Of a stretch of DNA of 64,000 bases, positions 20,051-30,062 are shown in pieces. Below the pieces are notes generated by a model. That model searched no databases. It was not told the origin of the DNA and worked only from the letters and a program-made list of their open reading frames with translations. Origin of the DNA: Spirochaetia bacterium. Its GTDB lineage: Bacteria > Spirochaetota > Spirochaetia > UBA9216. The position numbers were made by a program, and so were the translations under genes. Every line of letters begins with the position of its first letter. The first letter of the stretch is position 1. The DNA lies in the NCBI GenBank assembly GCA_963677925.2, contig CAXXYH010000004.1, positions 2,336,001 through 2,400,000 on the forward strand. The letters run 5' to 3'.

Positions 20051-20080
20051 TTGACAACAGGCCTAACAACTGATTAGTAT
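20051..20080 (+). promoter_or_regulatory. sigma70 promoter, leaderless-type, for the DinG helicase
   Basis: TTGACA-N18-TAGTAT-N7-ATG(20088); no SD. Confidence 0.6.
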
Positions 20081-20087
20081 GCTGGTA

Positions 20088-22529
20088 ATGAAAGCATCTG
20101 AGCGTTTATCTGAAGAAGTAATTGAAATTTTAAAAGAGGCTGTCTCTGAAGCCGCAGGAAATGAAGTTATGGCCTGGGGGCGGGTGCTTCATGGAATTAT
20201 CACTGATGTGACAATCGCAGCAAGAGGTGATGAAGGTTCTGTCCCTGCCGTTTTTGCGCATATGCAGAAAGGTGATGTTGTTATTCATAACCACCCGGGA
20301 GGGCTTTTAAAACCTTCATCAGCTGATATGCAGGTGGCTGGACAGCTGGGTGAATCAGGAATAGGCTTTTATATAGTAGATAATGAAGTAAACCGTGTAT
20401 ATGCAGTTGTTGAACCTATAGAATCAACCGAGATCCGGGCGATAAAAACTGATGAGCTTGCAGCTCTCCTGGAGCCTGAAGGCCGAATGTCTCTGGAACT
20501 TGATTCCGGCGGATATTATGAATACCGGCCTCCCCAGGTAGCAATGCTGAAAAGGGTTGCTGAAAGTTTTAATGAAAGCAGGGTCTGCATTGCCGAAGCC
20601 GGAACAGGAGTCGGAAAATCAATGGCTTATCTTCTGCCGGCAATAAACTGGGCTGATATGAATAATGAACGGGTTGTTGTTTCTACTGCAACTATAAACC
20701 TTCAGCATCAGCTGCTTGATAAAGACATCCCTATGGCAAAGAAAGTTCTTGGTTCAAAGTGCAGGGCTGTTCTTGTAAAGGGACGGGGAAATTACATCTG
20801 TCTTAGAAGGCTTGCAGCGGCTCTCGATGAACAGACACTATTTGATGATGGTAATGAAGAACTTCAGTCTATAAAAGACTGGTCTGAGCATACAGCTACC
20901 GGCGTGCGTGAAGATATTCCCTTTTATCCATCAGCCTCAGTATGGAATAATGTAAATTCAGAGGGTGATTCCTGTCAGGGAATACGCTGCCGGAACCGTG
21001 AAAAATGCTTTGTTCTCAAGATGAAGAAGGAAGCCGCTTCAGCAAAACTTCTGGTTGTAAACCATCATCTGCTGTTTTCAGATCTCGCAATGCGTGTAGG
21101 CGGTGCCGGTTTTGAAAACTCGGTTGTTCTGCCCCCATTTTCCAGAATCGTCTTTGATGAAGCGCATAATATGGAGAGCAGCGCTACAAGCTTCTTTTCA
21201 TCAGAGCTGAATATATTTTCTATTATGAAACAGACCGGACTGCTTTACAGCAAGAAGAGGGGCCGAAGCTTCGGAGCTGTAATAAATCTCCAGATAGAGG
21301 CCGGAGCAACTGAGGATGACGAGAAAATACCGGGGATGGTTGAAGATGTCAGGGAGAGTATGCGTAAGCTTGATGAAGCGGCGCTTGAAATCCTCGGCGG
21401 TGAATCAAGTATACGGCTTCGCCGTGGTGCAGAAGAACCGTTCACCGGTATTATTATTCCGTTAATGACGGAGCTTCAGCAGCGAATTCTCGACTGTGTT
21501 CAGGCCGTTGAAGGAATAATAAGGCGAATGGATGAAAAAGATCAGGAACTCCCGGTTGTTTTTGATGTCCGGATTCTGCAGCGGCGTCTGGAAGCTCTTG
21601 CTTCGGTTTGCCAGTCATTTACTATGTGGGATGAGAAACCGGGTGATGTCTTCTGGGTCGAAAAAAAGAAGGGCAGCAGCGGAGAACCCTTCGTCCGCTT
21701 TGTGGTTACTCCTCTTGATATTTCGCATATGATGCGTGAGGCTGTTTTCGGACCTTATGAAACAGTTGTATGTACATCTGCAACTATTTCAGTTAACCGG
21801 GATTTCAGGTTCTGGGCCTCCAGGGTAGGTCTTAGCGGCTTTGAAGATAGGGAGGTCTCTGCTTCTGTTTTTAATTCGCCATTTCCATACAGAGAAAATG
21901 TCCTTCTATGTCTGCCGCAGGATGCACCGGATCCGGCTGATCCTTCCTACGGCTTTTTTGTATCGGATTTTATAATTAAGCTGCTTGAAGTATCCGAGGG
22001 CAGGGCGCTTCTGCTTTTTACTTCATACAGGGCATTGTCGGATACTTACGAGGCTGTCAAACCCTCACTCGACCAGCTTGGCATAACATCCCTGAAGCAG
22101 GGGGATGATGACAGGAGCCGTCTGCTTGAAAAGTTTAAGACAGATACAGCCAGCGTTCTTTTTGCAACCAGTTCGTTCTGGGAGGGGATAGATACTCCTG
22201 GTGATTCGCTGAAAGTTGTAATTATCTGCAAACTTCCGTTTATGGTTCCGACTGATCCGGTTATTTCAGCCCGAATGGAAGCAATAGAGGCAAGAGGCGG
22301 AAACCAGTTTATGGAGTTCATGCTTCCTGAGGCCGTAATTAAATTCAAGCAGGGGTTCGGCAGGCTGATGAGACGTTCAACGGATTCAGGAGTAGTAGCT
22401 GTTCTTGACTCACGTCTACTGACCAAGGCTTACGGCAGAATCTTCATTAACTCGCTTCCGGAAACCGGGAAATCAGTGAAACAGTCGGAACATGTTCTCG
22501 CTGATGCTGAAAATTTTCTTTATAAATAA
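20088..22529 (+). CDS. DinG/YoaA-family Fe-S helicase with an N-terminal JAB/RadC-like domain
   Basis: HNHPGG..PSSAD; AGTGVGKS; KGRGNYIC plus Fe-S cysteines; DEAH; FWEGID; QGFGRLMR. Confidence 0.9.
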   Translation: MKASERLSEEVIEILKEAVSEAAGNEVMAWGRVLHGIITDVTIAARGDEGSVPAVFAHMQKGDVVIHNHPGGLLKPSSADMQVAGQLGESGIGFYIVDNEVNRVYAVVEPIESTEIRAIKTDELAALLEPEGRMSLELDSGGYYEYRPPQVAMLKRVAESFNESRVCIAEAGTGVGKSMAYLLPAINWADMNNERVVVSTATINLQHQLLDKDIPMAKKVLGSKCRAVLVKGRGNYICLRRLAAALDEQTLFDDGNEELQSIKDWSEHTATGVREDIPFYPSASVWNNVNSEGDSCQGIRCRNREKCFVLKMKKEAASAKLLVVNHHLLFSDLAMRVGGAGFENSVVLPPFSRIVFDEAHNMESSATSFFSSELNIFSIMKQTGLLYSKKRGRSFGAVINLQIEAGATEDDEKIPGMVEDVRESMRKLDEAALEILGGESSIRLRRGAEEPFTGIIIPLMTELQQRILDCVQAVEGIIRRMDEKDQELPVVFDVRILQRRLEALASVCQSFTMWDEKPGDVFWVEKKKGSSGEPFVRFVVTPLDISHMMREAVFGPYETVVCTSATISVNRDFRFWASRVGLSGFEDREVSASVFNSPFPYRENVLLCLPQDAPDPADPSYGFFVSDFIIKLLEVSEGRALLLFTSYRALSDTYEAVKPSLDQLGITSLKQGDDDRSRLLEKFKTDTASVLFATSSFWEGIDTPGDSLKVVIICKLPFMVPTDPVISARMEAIEARGGNQFMEFMLPEAVIKFKQGFGRLMRRSTDSGVVAVLDSRLLTKAYGRIFINSLPETGKSVKQSEHVLADAENFLYK

Positions 22530-22580
22530 GTTTAATAATTCTAAAAGGGCTGTCAGCTTGGCTTATACACAGTAATTAAT

Positions 22581-22609
22581 AAAAAAAAGGATACCGCATC
22601 GCGGTATCC
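22581..22609 (-). terminator. Intrinsic terminator of groES
   Basis: GGATACCGC-GAT-GCGGTATCC followed by T8 on the minus strand. Confidence 0.85.
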
Positions 22610-22633
22610 CCTGATCTGTATCAGATAAGTAAA

Positions 22634-22900
22634 TTATTCTACTACAGCAAGAACATCAGACATTCTTACAAGAAGGTACTCAACGCCGTCGGCTTCGAGT
22701 TTTGTTCCTGCGTATTTGTCATACATAACTTTATCACCGACTTTTACAGTGATAACATCCTTATCGTCTCCGATTTCTGCAATTACACCGGTATTGGTTT
22801 TTTCCTGTGCTGTCTGAGGAATGTAAAGACTTCCTACTTTCTGAGTATCTTCTGTTTCAAGTTTAACAAGGACTCTGTCGCCCAGAGGTTTAATTTTCAT
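22634..22900 (-). CDS. groES: Co-chaperonin GroES (monocistronic)
   Basis: MKIKPLGDRVLV...VKVGDKVMYDKYAGT. Confidence 0.97.
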   Translation of the reverse strand: MKIKPLGDRVLVKLETEDTQKVGSLYIPQTAQEKTNTGVIAEIGDDKDVITVKVGDKVMYDKYAGTKLEADGVEYLLVRMSDVLAVVE

Positions 22901-23087
22901 ATTTCTTTCCTCCTAAAAATGTTCTGAGATTATGATTAAGAAATTCTATTTTTCTGAAAAAAATATACGAATGAATCTATTAATGGTCAAGATAATTTGG
23001 AATATTTAGAAAATATTTTTTATTTGCCATCTTCTGTCAAAAATATTATTTTCTATACAGTAAAGAAGATATGGAAGGGCAAAAATC

Positions 23088-23747
23088 ATGAAGCACTGGA
23101 AAAGAGAGCTGGAGCATGGCCGACAGCTCAATGAAGATGAAAACTATTCAGAAGCTCAGCAGGTTCTTGAGTCTGCTCTTCACGGCTGCCCTGATGAAGA
23201 GATTAAAGCTTCTGCTGAAATCATCTTTGAAATAGGAAGATCCTTCTTCGGACGCGGAATGCGCGGTATAGCAATAAAGAATATGCTGGCTGCTGCAAGA
23301 ATCAGCAGTATTGAATCGCACACCGACAACATGATCAAATGCCTTGTTAATGAATACGGCATGCCCGCTCAGAAATCGAAGGCGGCTGATGATGAGGCTG
23401 CATTTACCGCAGTCCAGCTTTTACGATATCTGAGCACAAAGAAATCAGCTAAATTCGGAACTCTGGCGGAAAAGGATATGGTTCTTGATCTTGTTTCGGA
23501 GGCCTGGTCTGATTTTAAAGATAATTATGAATTATCAGGTTTATCCGCCAGGCAGAAAGTTCACAGTTTCAAATGCTACGTCATAATCTTCCCCTCTTTC
23601 AGTGTTCCCGATTCAGATTTCTATGCTGATGAAAACATTATTTTCCATGATTTCGGGAACGATTCATGCAGCTGCGGAAGCGGATTACCCTATATGTGGT
23701 GCTGCGGGCGCATAAAATCGCTCGATGAGATAGAAAACGGGAAATAA
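23088..23747 (+). CDS. Hypothetical protein with a TPR-like N-terminus and a C-terminal SEC-C metal-binding motif
   Basis: NDSCSCGSGLPYMWCCG. Confidence 0.75.
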   Translation: MKHWKRELEHGRQLNEDENYSEAQQVLESALHGCPDEEIKASAEIIFEIGRSFFGRGMRGIAIKNMLAAARISSIESHTDNMIKCLVNEYGMPAQKSKAADDEAAFTAVQLLRYLSTKKSAKFGTLAEKDMVLDLVSEAWSDFKDNYELSGLSARQKVHSFKCYVIIFPSFSVPDSDFYADENIIFHDFGNDSCSCGSGLPYMWCCGRIKSLDEIENGK

Positions 23748-23794
23748 TGACCCAAAATGAGTGCCTTTTTTTATCACTGTGTCAAATTGATACA
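23748..23794 (+). promoter_or_regulatory. Candidate enhancer-binding-protein sites (UAS)
   Basis: TGACCCAAAATGAGTGC (23748) and the near-palindrome TGTGTCAAATTGATACA (23778), 30 bp apart and 95-140 bp upstream of a sigma54 site. Confidence 0.5.
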
Positions 23795-23888
23795 ATTGGT
23801 ATTAAGGCTGTTTATTACTTATCTTAATGTTTTTTTGTAAATGCTTATATTGTAAAGAAATATTACATTTTGTCTGATCTTGTTTTTT

Positions 23889-23904
23889 TGGCATGCTACC
23901 TGCT
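23889..23904 (+). promoter_or_regulatory. sigma54 (-24/-12) promoter
   Basis: TGGCATGCTACCTGCT (GG-N10-GC), 22 nt before the ATG at 23927. Confidence 0.7.
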
Positions 23905-23926
23905 TTATAGTATACGGAGGAACAGA

Positions 23927-24790
23927 ATGAACAAGATTAAGAGTTACGAAGATGAAAACATATTATCTATTTACCTGAAAGAAATAAATAAGATTCCTCT
24001 GTTAACCAGAGAAGAAGAAGATGATTATGCAAGAAGAGCTGCTAAAGGTGAGAAAGCAGCTATCGATGCCCTTGTTAAAGGAAATCTGCGTTTTGTTGTA
24101 AACGTTGCAAAGAAATATCAGAATCAGGGAATGCCATTATCCGATTTGATCAACGAAGGTAATATCGGTTTAATGAATGCTATTGAGAGATATGATGTGG
24201 ATAAGGGATACCATTTTATTTCATATGCAGTATGGTGGATAAGACAGGCTATACTTAAAGCAATCTGTGAGAAGTCCAGAATGATAAGACTTCCTCTTAA
24301 CAGGGCTAATGAACTTGTTCAGATAGAAAAAGCAAGAAAGGTCCTTCTTTCAGACAAAGGAGAAAATCCTGATGTTAATGATATCGCCTGGGCAGTCAAT
24401 ATGGACAGCGAGCATGTTTCCAGTTTAATGAATATTTCACGTGAACATATATCGCTTGAGACTCCTGTTTATGAAGAACGTGATTCTTCACAGCTTGGCG
24501 ATTTTATCGAGGATGAAGATTATACCAGCCCGGAGGAGGCTGCTATATCCAATCAGCTGAGAGAAGATATAAATACAATACTCAGCACCCTTAGTGATAA
24601 GGAAGCTGATATTATTGAACTTCGGTTCGGTCTGAACGGTAAGGCTCCGCTTTCACTTAAGGAAATAGGCGACAGATATAACCTTACTAAGGAAAGAATC
24701 AGACAGATTGAGAAGAAAGCGCTTGCAAGAATGAGACATCCGTCCAGAAGCAAGTATCTTGAAGCTTATGCTGATGTGCAGACAGCTTAA
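23927..24790 (+). CDS. Short sigma70-family factor (RpoD/RpoS group, lacking region 1.1)
   Basis: YLKEI, NLRFVVNVAKKY, DLINEGNIGL, FISYAVWWIRQAI and TKERIRQIE motifs. GGAGG RBS before the ATG at 23927. Confidence 0.92.
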   Translation: MNKIKSYEDENILSIYLKEINKIPLLTREEEDDYARRAAKGEKAAIDALVKGNLRFVVNVAKKYQNQGMPLSDLINEGNIGLMNAIERYDVDKGYHFISYAVWWIRQAILKAICEKSRMIRLPLNRANELVQIEKARKVLLSDKGENPDVNDIAWAVNMDSEHVSSLMNISREHISLETPVYEERDSSQLGDFIEDEDYTSPEEAAISNQLREDINTILSTLSDKEADIIELRFGLNGKAPLSLKEIGDRYNLTKERIRQIEKKALARMRHPSRSKYLEAYADVQTA

Positions 24791-24862
24791 TGATGCTGCA
24801 GGATTGTTCAGTAATGCCGGTCATTACGTTAAAAAATGCATATATGTTCTTGTGAGTAGGCA

Positions 24863-24895
24863 AATGCCCTGATGTTATATTGACATTAGGGCATT
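24863..24895 (+). terminator. Hairpin terminator after the sigma gene, overlapping the ppdK -35 box
   Basis: AATGCCCTGATGTTA-TAT-TGACATTAGGGCATT followed by a T-rich tail; contains TTGACA-N17-TACTTT. Confidence 0.6.
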
Positions 24896-24979
24896 ATTAT
24901 TTTACTTTGTTTATTATTTATCTATCCACAATATAATTACATATGCTCTTACTTATAACTTTGGAGGGTTACAATTTTT

Positions 24980-27646
24980 ATGGCAAAAACAAAATTTATT
25001 TATTTTTTCGGAAACGGAAAAGCCGAAGGTGATGCCAGCATGAAAGAACTGCTGGGCGGAAAGGGTGCAAACCTTGCAGAAATGACCAGTCTTGGTATTC
25101 CGGTACCGCCCGGATTCACAATATCTACAGAAGTATGTGATGAGTTCTACAAAAATAACAGAAAATATCCAGCAGGACTAAATGAGGAACTTGATACTAC
25201 ACTCGATAAGCTTGAAAAGCTGATGGGTAAAAAACTCGGAGATCCCTCAGATCCTCTTCTTGTTTCAGTCCGTTCAGGTGCAGCAGTTTCAATGCCCGGC
25301 ATGATGGACACTATTCTTAACCTTGGTATGAATGACAAGGCTGTTGTCGGTCTTTCAGAAAAAACAGGAAACGAAAGATTTGCATGGGATGCGTACAGAC
25401 GATTTATCCAGATGTACAGTAATGTTGCTCTCGGCATGGATATAAATGTTTTTGAAGATATTCTTGAGTCAATGAAGCACAAAAAGGGTGTTGAGCAGGA
25501 TACTGAACTTGATGCTGAAGATCTTAAGAAACTTGTTTCCCTCTACAAAGATGCCTTTAAAAAGGTTCAGAAAAAACCCTTCCCGCAGGATCCTATGGTT
25601 CAGCTTCAGGGAGCTATTGATGCAGTTTTCGGCTCATGGAATAATCCAAAGGCTATCAAATATAGAGATATTAACTCAATTAAAAACCTCAAGGGTACAG
25701 CTGTAAACGTACAGTCTATGGTATTCGGTAACTTCGGTGACGATTCAGGTACAGGCGTATGTTTCTCTAGAGACCCCTCAACAGGTCAGAATGTTTTCTA
25801 CGGGGAATATTTGATGAATGCACAGGGTGAAGACGTTGTAGCAGGTATCAGAACTCCCGAAAAGCTTTCCAAGCTTGCAAAACAGGACAAGGGAATCTAT
25901 CAGCAGCTTGTTGATATTAAAGATAAACTTGAAAAACACTACCGTGATATGCAGGATATGGAATTTACAATCCAGCAGGGCAAACTTTTCATTCTTCAGA
26001 CAAGAAACGGAAAGAGAACCGGTGCATCCGCTGTAAAGGTAGCTGTTGACCTGGTTAATGAAAAACTTATTACAAAAGAAGAGGCAATGTTCAGGGTTGA
26101 TGCAGATCAGCTGGATCAGCTTTTCCACCCGATGATTGATCCGAAAGTTAAAAAAACACTTTCAGCACTTGCAAAGGGTCTTAATGCATCACCGGGAGCA
26201 GCTTCAGGAAAGATTGTTTTTTCTGCAGATGAAGCAGAAGCCTGGGTTGCCAAGGGCGAGAGCAAGGTTCTTCTGGTAAGAAAAGAAACTTCTCCTGATG
26301 ATATCGGAGGAATGAACGTTGCCCAGGGTATTCTTACTTCGACCGGCGGTATGACAAGCCATGCAGCAGTTGTTGCACGCGGTATGGGCCGTCCCTGTGT
26401 TGCAGGATGTAAGGACGTTGTTATCAGCGGAAAGACTATGAAAGTCGGCGGAAAGACCTTCAAGGAAGGTTCCTGGGTTACTATCGACGGTTCAACCGGT
26501 GAAGTTTTTGAAGGCCAGGTAGAAACCAAGGCTCCAAAGATGTCAAAGGAACTGAATGATTTCCTCGGTTGGGCAGATGCAATCAGACTTAATGCAAAGA
26601 GAGACGGTCTTGCACAGAAGGGCTTCCTTGTAAGAACCAATGCTGATCAGCCTGCTGATGCTAAGCTTGCAAGAAACTTCGGTGCTGAAGGTATCGGTCT
26701 CTGCCGAACAGAGCACATGTTCTTTGACGAAGGCAAGCTTGAATACTTCCAGGAAATGATTGTTGCTGATACAACAGACGAAAGAAAGAAGGCTCTTAAG
26801 AAAATCCTTGCTCTTCAGACAAAGGACTTCAGAGGAATTTTCAAGGCTATGGCAGGACTTCCTGTTACAGTAAGACTTCTTGATCCTCCTCTACATGAGT
26901 TTGTTCCGCAGACAAAGGCTGATATCAAAGCCCTTGCAGAACAGATGGGTAAAACTCCTAAAGAACTTACCGACAAGATTGCTTCACTTCATGAATCAAA
27001 CCCGATGCTTGGACACAGAGGCTGCCGTCTTGGTGTTACATATCCTGAAATCTATGATATGCAGGTTGAGGCCATTATTACTGCAGCAGTAGATGTTGCT
27101 TCAAAGGGTGATAAGGTAATTCCTGAAATCATGATTCCGCTTGTTGGAACATGGCAGGAGCTCAGTACTCTCAGGGCTAATGCAGAAGAAGTAATAAAGG
27201 CTGTATTTGCCAAGAAGAAAAAGAAAGTTGACTACAAGATTGGTACAATGATTGAGATTCCAAGAGCTGCTCTTACAGCTGATGAAGTTGCACAGTATGC
27301 AGACTTCTTCTCATTCGGTACAAACGACCTTACTCAGATGACTTTCGGTCTTTCAAGAGATGATGCAGGTGCATTCCTTCCTTCATACATTCAGCAGAAC
27401 ATTCTTGAAAAAGATCCTACAGCTTCACTTGACCAGACTGGTGTTGGTAAACTTGTTTCAATGGCATCAGAACTCGGCCGAAGCGTTAAAGCGGATCTTA
27501 AGCTTGGTATCTGTGGTGAGCACGGCGGAGATCCTGCTTCAATTGATTTCTGTTACAGAACAAACCTGAACTATGTTTCATGTTCTCCATACAGAGTTCC
27601 AATTGCAAGACATGCAGCAGCTCAGGCTGTTCTTCGAAACAAATAA
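24980..27646 (+). CDS. ppdK: Pyruvate, phosphate dikinase
   Basis: LLGGKGANL, GGMTSHAAVVAR, GIGLCRTEHMF, FSFGTNDLTQ and GICGEHGG motifs. Confidence 0.98.
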   Translation: MAKTKFIYFFGNGKAEGDASMKELLGGKGANLAEMTSLGIPVPPGFTISTEVCDEFYKNNRKYPAGLNEELDTTLDKLEKLMGKKLGDPSDPLLVSVRSGAAVSMPGMMDTILNLGMNDKAVVGLSEKTGNERFAWDAYRRFIQMYSNVALGMDINVFEDILESMKHKKGVEQDTELDAEDLKKLVSLYKDAFKKVQKKPFPQDPMVQLQGAIDAVFGSWNNPKAIKYRDINSIKNLKGTAVNVQSMVFGNFGDDSGTGVCFSRDPSTGQNVFYGEYLMNAQGEDVVAGIRTPEKLSKLAKQDKGIYQQLVDIKDKLEKHYRDMQDMEFTIQQGKLFILQTRNGKRTGASAVKVAVDLVNEKLITKEEAMFRVDADQLDQLFHPMIDPKVKKTLSALAKGLNASPGAASGKIVFSADEAEAWVAKGESKVLLVRKETSPDDIGGMNVAQGILTSTGGMTSHAAVVARGMGRPCVAGCKDVVISGKTMKVGGKTFKEGSWVTIDGSTGEVFEGQVETKAPKMSKELNDFLGWADAIRLNAKRDGLAQKGFLVRTNADQPADAKLARNFGAEGIGLCRTEHMFFDEGKLEYFQEMIVADTTDERKKALKKILALQTKDFRGIFKAMAGLPVTVRLLDPPLHEFVPQTKADIKALAEQMGKTPKELTDKIASLHESNPMLGHRGCRLGVTYPEIYDMQVEAIITAAVDVASKGDKVIPEIMIPLVGTWQELSTLRANAEEVIKAVFAKKKKKVDYKIGTMIEIPRAALTADEVAQYADFFSFGTNDLTQMTFGLSRDDAGAFLPSYIQQNILEKDPTASLDQTGVGKLVSMASELGRSVKADLKLGICGEHGGDPASIDFCYRTNLNYVSCSPYRVPIARHAAAQAVLRNK

Positions 27647-27663
27647 TCTTAGAAAATATAATC

Positions 27664-27694
27664 AGGGCTGACCGTGACCGGTCAGCCTTTTTTT
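27664..27694 (+). terminator. Intrinsic terminator of ppdK
   Basis: GGCTGACCG-TGAC-CGGTCAGCC followed by T7. Confidence 0.85.
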
Positions 27695-27749
27695 ATATAC
27701 ATTCAGCTGAACGGGTTAATCTGTATAGCAAATATGCTATAATTAAAAG

Positions 27750-28790
27750 ATGAATGGAATTGAATTATTTATAAAGAAAATGCCGAAAGTTGAACTGCAT
27801 GTTCACCTTGAAGGCTCTGTAAAACCGGAAACACTTCTCAAACTTGCAGAAAAGAATAAAGTGGATCTTCCGTATGATACACTTGAAGGATTAAAAGACT
27901 GGTACAGGTTTGAAAACTTCGATGGGTTTATTGAGGTTTACCTTAAAATATGTGAATGTATAAAAACTGCTGAAGATATTACTCTTATAGCATCTGAATT
28001 CCTTAAAGGTCAGGCTGAACAAAACATCATATATTCAGAAATTACATGGACACCCTTTACCCATCTAAAGCAGCATGGTATTTCCATTGATGAACAGGCT
28101 GAAGCCCTTGCCGAGGCCTCTGTAAAGGCTGAGGAGGAATCCGGTATACACAGCCGCTACATATTTGATATTTCAAGGCAGGAATCACCTGAAGACGGTC
28201 TGGTAACTGCAAAATGGCTTGCAGAAAACGCTAACAACGGTTTGACAGTCGCATTGGGACTTGGCGGACCGGAAGCGGAGTACCCCGCTGAAATCCATTA
28301 TGAATCGTTTAAAACTGTTAAAGATGCCGGTATTTATGCTGTTCCGCACGCAGGTGAGACAGCCGGGCCTGAAAGCATACGTTCGGCATTTGAACAGCCT
28401 GGAACGGCTCGAATCGGGCATGGCGTAAGGCTGGTAGAGGATTTGGAACTGCTTGAAGAAGTAAAACGTAACGGTATTGTTCTTGAAGTCTGTCCGACAA
28501 GTAATATCTGTCTTAAAGTATTTTCTGATTACAGTAAACACAGTCTCCCGGAGCTTATAGATAAAGGTATAATGGTTACCATCAATTCTGATGATCCACC
28601 TATGTTCAATACGACACTTACAAAAGAGTATCAGTTAATTCATGAACATTACGGATACGGTGTGAAGGATTTTTACCGGTTTAACCGGACAGCTCTTGCT
28701 GTAGCCCTCTGTGACAACAGGACAAAGCTGATAATCAGTACTGATTATGAGAACAAATGGAAAGAAAGCCTGAAGATACTGGAAGAATAA
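27750..28790 (+). CDS. add: Adenosine/adenine deaminase
   Basis: PKVELHVHLEG, HAGE, RIGHG, LEVCPTSN and NSDDP motifs. TGcTATAAT-N6-ATG suggests a leaderless start. Confidence 0.9.
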   Translation: MNGIELFIKKMPKVELHVHLEGSVKPETLLKLAEKNKVDLPYDTLEGLKDWYRFENFDGFIEVYLKICECIKTAEDITLIASEFLKGQAEQNIIYSEITWTPFTHLKQHGISIDEQAEALAEASVKAEEESGIHSRYIFDISRQESPEDGLVTAKWLAENANNGLTVALGLGGPEAEYPAEIHYESFKTVKDAGIYAVPHAGETAGPESIRSAFEQPGTARIGHGVRLVEDLELLEEVKRNGIVLEVCPTSNICLKVFSDYSKHSLPELIDKGIMVTINSDDPPMFNTTLTKEYQLIHEHYGYGVKDFYRFNRTALAVALCDNRTKLIISTDYENKWKESLKILEE

Positions 28791-29479
28791 TAAGAGAGCT
28801 GTACGAGACCCTGTTGTCAGTGTACGGTCCGCAGGGCTGGTGGCCGCTACGTTCGGGAAAGCATAATATAGTTTTCACTGAAGGAGGCTATCATCCAGGA
28901 GTTTCGGTCAAACTCAGTTTAAATGAGCAGTTTGAAATCTCTGCAGGTGCAGTGCTGACGCAGAATACAGCCTGGAATAATGCCGCTTCTGCAATCGATG
29001 CCCTGCTGACAGCAGGGATGTTATCAGCAGAAGCTGTTGCTGCTGCTGAACACGAAAAATTAGCCGGCCTTATCAGAAGCAGCGGATATTTTAATCAAAA
29101 AGCTGAGCGGCTGAAAATTCTGGCTGATTATTATATCCGCAAACGCGGAGAAATTCCGGAAAGAGCTGAGTTGCTGAGGCTGAAGGGTATAGGCCCTGAA
29201 ACCGCCGATTCTATTCTTCTGTATGCCTGGGATATCCCTGTTTTTGTCATAGATGCGTATACGAGGCGACTTCTTTCAAAAATCACTGCTGATGAGAGCT
29301 TCCAGAGAATGAAATATGAAGACGTGAGATATGTTTTTGAACATTCTCTGGCTGAATCAGTCGGTATATATCAGGAATATCATGCTCTTGTGGTTATTCA
29401 CTGTAAGACCTTCTGCAGGAAAGTTCCGTTCTGTAAGGGCTGCCCGCTTGTTTCTATTTGCAAGTATAGGGAAAAATGA
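28757..29479 (+). CDS. HhH-GPD endonuclease III-related protein
   Basis: GAVLTQNT, LKGIGPETADSI, VIDAYTRR and a C-terminal C..C..C..C Fe-S motif. Confidence 0.88.
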   Translation: MERKPEDTGRIIRELYETLLSVYGPQGWWPLRSGKHNIVFTEGGYHPGVSVKLSLNEQFEISAGAVLTQNTAWNNAASAIDALLTAGMLSAEAVAAAEHEKLAGLIRSSGYFNQKAERLKILADYYIRKRGEIPERAELLRLKGIGPETADSILLYAWDIPVFVIDAYTRRLLSKITADESFQRMKYEDVRYVFEHSLAESVGIYQEYHALVVIHCKTFCRKVPFCKGCPLVSICKYREK

Positions 29480-29526
29480 TTGAAAAGTATTGAATTCTCG
29501 ATTAATCTTGATATGGGGAGAAAAGC

Positions 29527-30051
29527 GTGAAAGAGATACAGGAAAAGCGTGCCTATATTGATGAATTTCAGAAGCTTAGCATATTTCAGTTTATGTCTGC
29601 AGCCGAGATACTCAGCATAATTGAAGGCAGTGAATTAATCCTCTTTAATGACAGCGAAAAAATAGTCACACAGGGTGAAATAAATCAGAATATCCTTGCA
29701 GTAGTAAAGGGTACAGTCCAGGTAAGTGTACGCGAAGAAAGCGGTAAGGATGTTTACATCAGCTCAATTGAGGCCGGCGAGATATTCGGTGAGGCAGGCA
29801 TGTTTCTTCGTGTCAAACGAACTGCCAATATAGTGAGCCTTGATGAGTCTGTTATTCTGAGGATACCAAGAAGTATTCTGATGGAGTTTATCAAACATAA
29901 TTCATCTACCGGGAATAAACTGCTTCTTGTTGTCATTCACAGCCTGCTGAAGAAGCTTAGAAGCGCTAATCAGGACCTGGCCTTCGAAAAGATGTGTGAG
30001 GTTCAGTTCAGCGAGGTTGATTCAATTATTGCCGAATTAAGCGATAAATAA
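29527..30051 (+). CDS. Cyclic-nucleotide-binding domain protein
   Basis: GEIFGEAG...RTANI cNMP pocket; no HTH. Confidence 0.85.
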   Translation: MKEIQEKRAYIDEFQKLSIFQFMSAAEILSIIEGSELILFNDSEKIVTQGEINQNILAVVKGTVQVSVREESGKDVYISSIEAGEIFGEAGMFLRVKRTANIVSLDESVILRIPRSILMEFIKHNSSTGNKLLLVVIHSLLKKLRSANQDLAFEKMCEVQFSEVDSIIAELSDK

Positions 30052-30062
30052 GCGGACCGGCA

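Noticed and set aside
22634-23087. groES without groEL and without a CIRCE element
   Set aside because: Separated groES and groEL are normal in spirochaetes; no TTAGCACTC repeat is seen.
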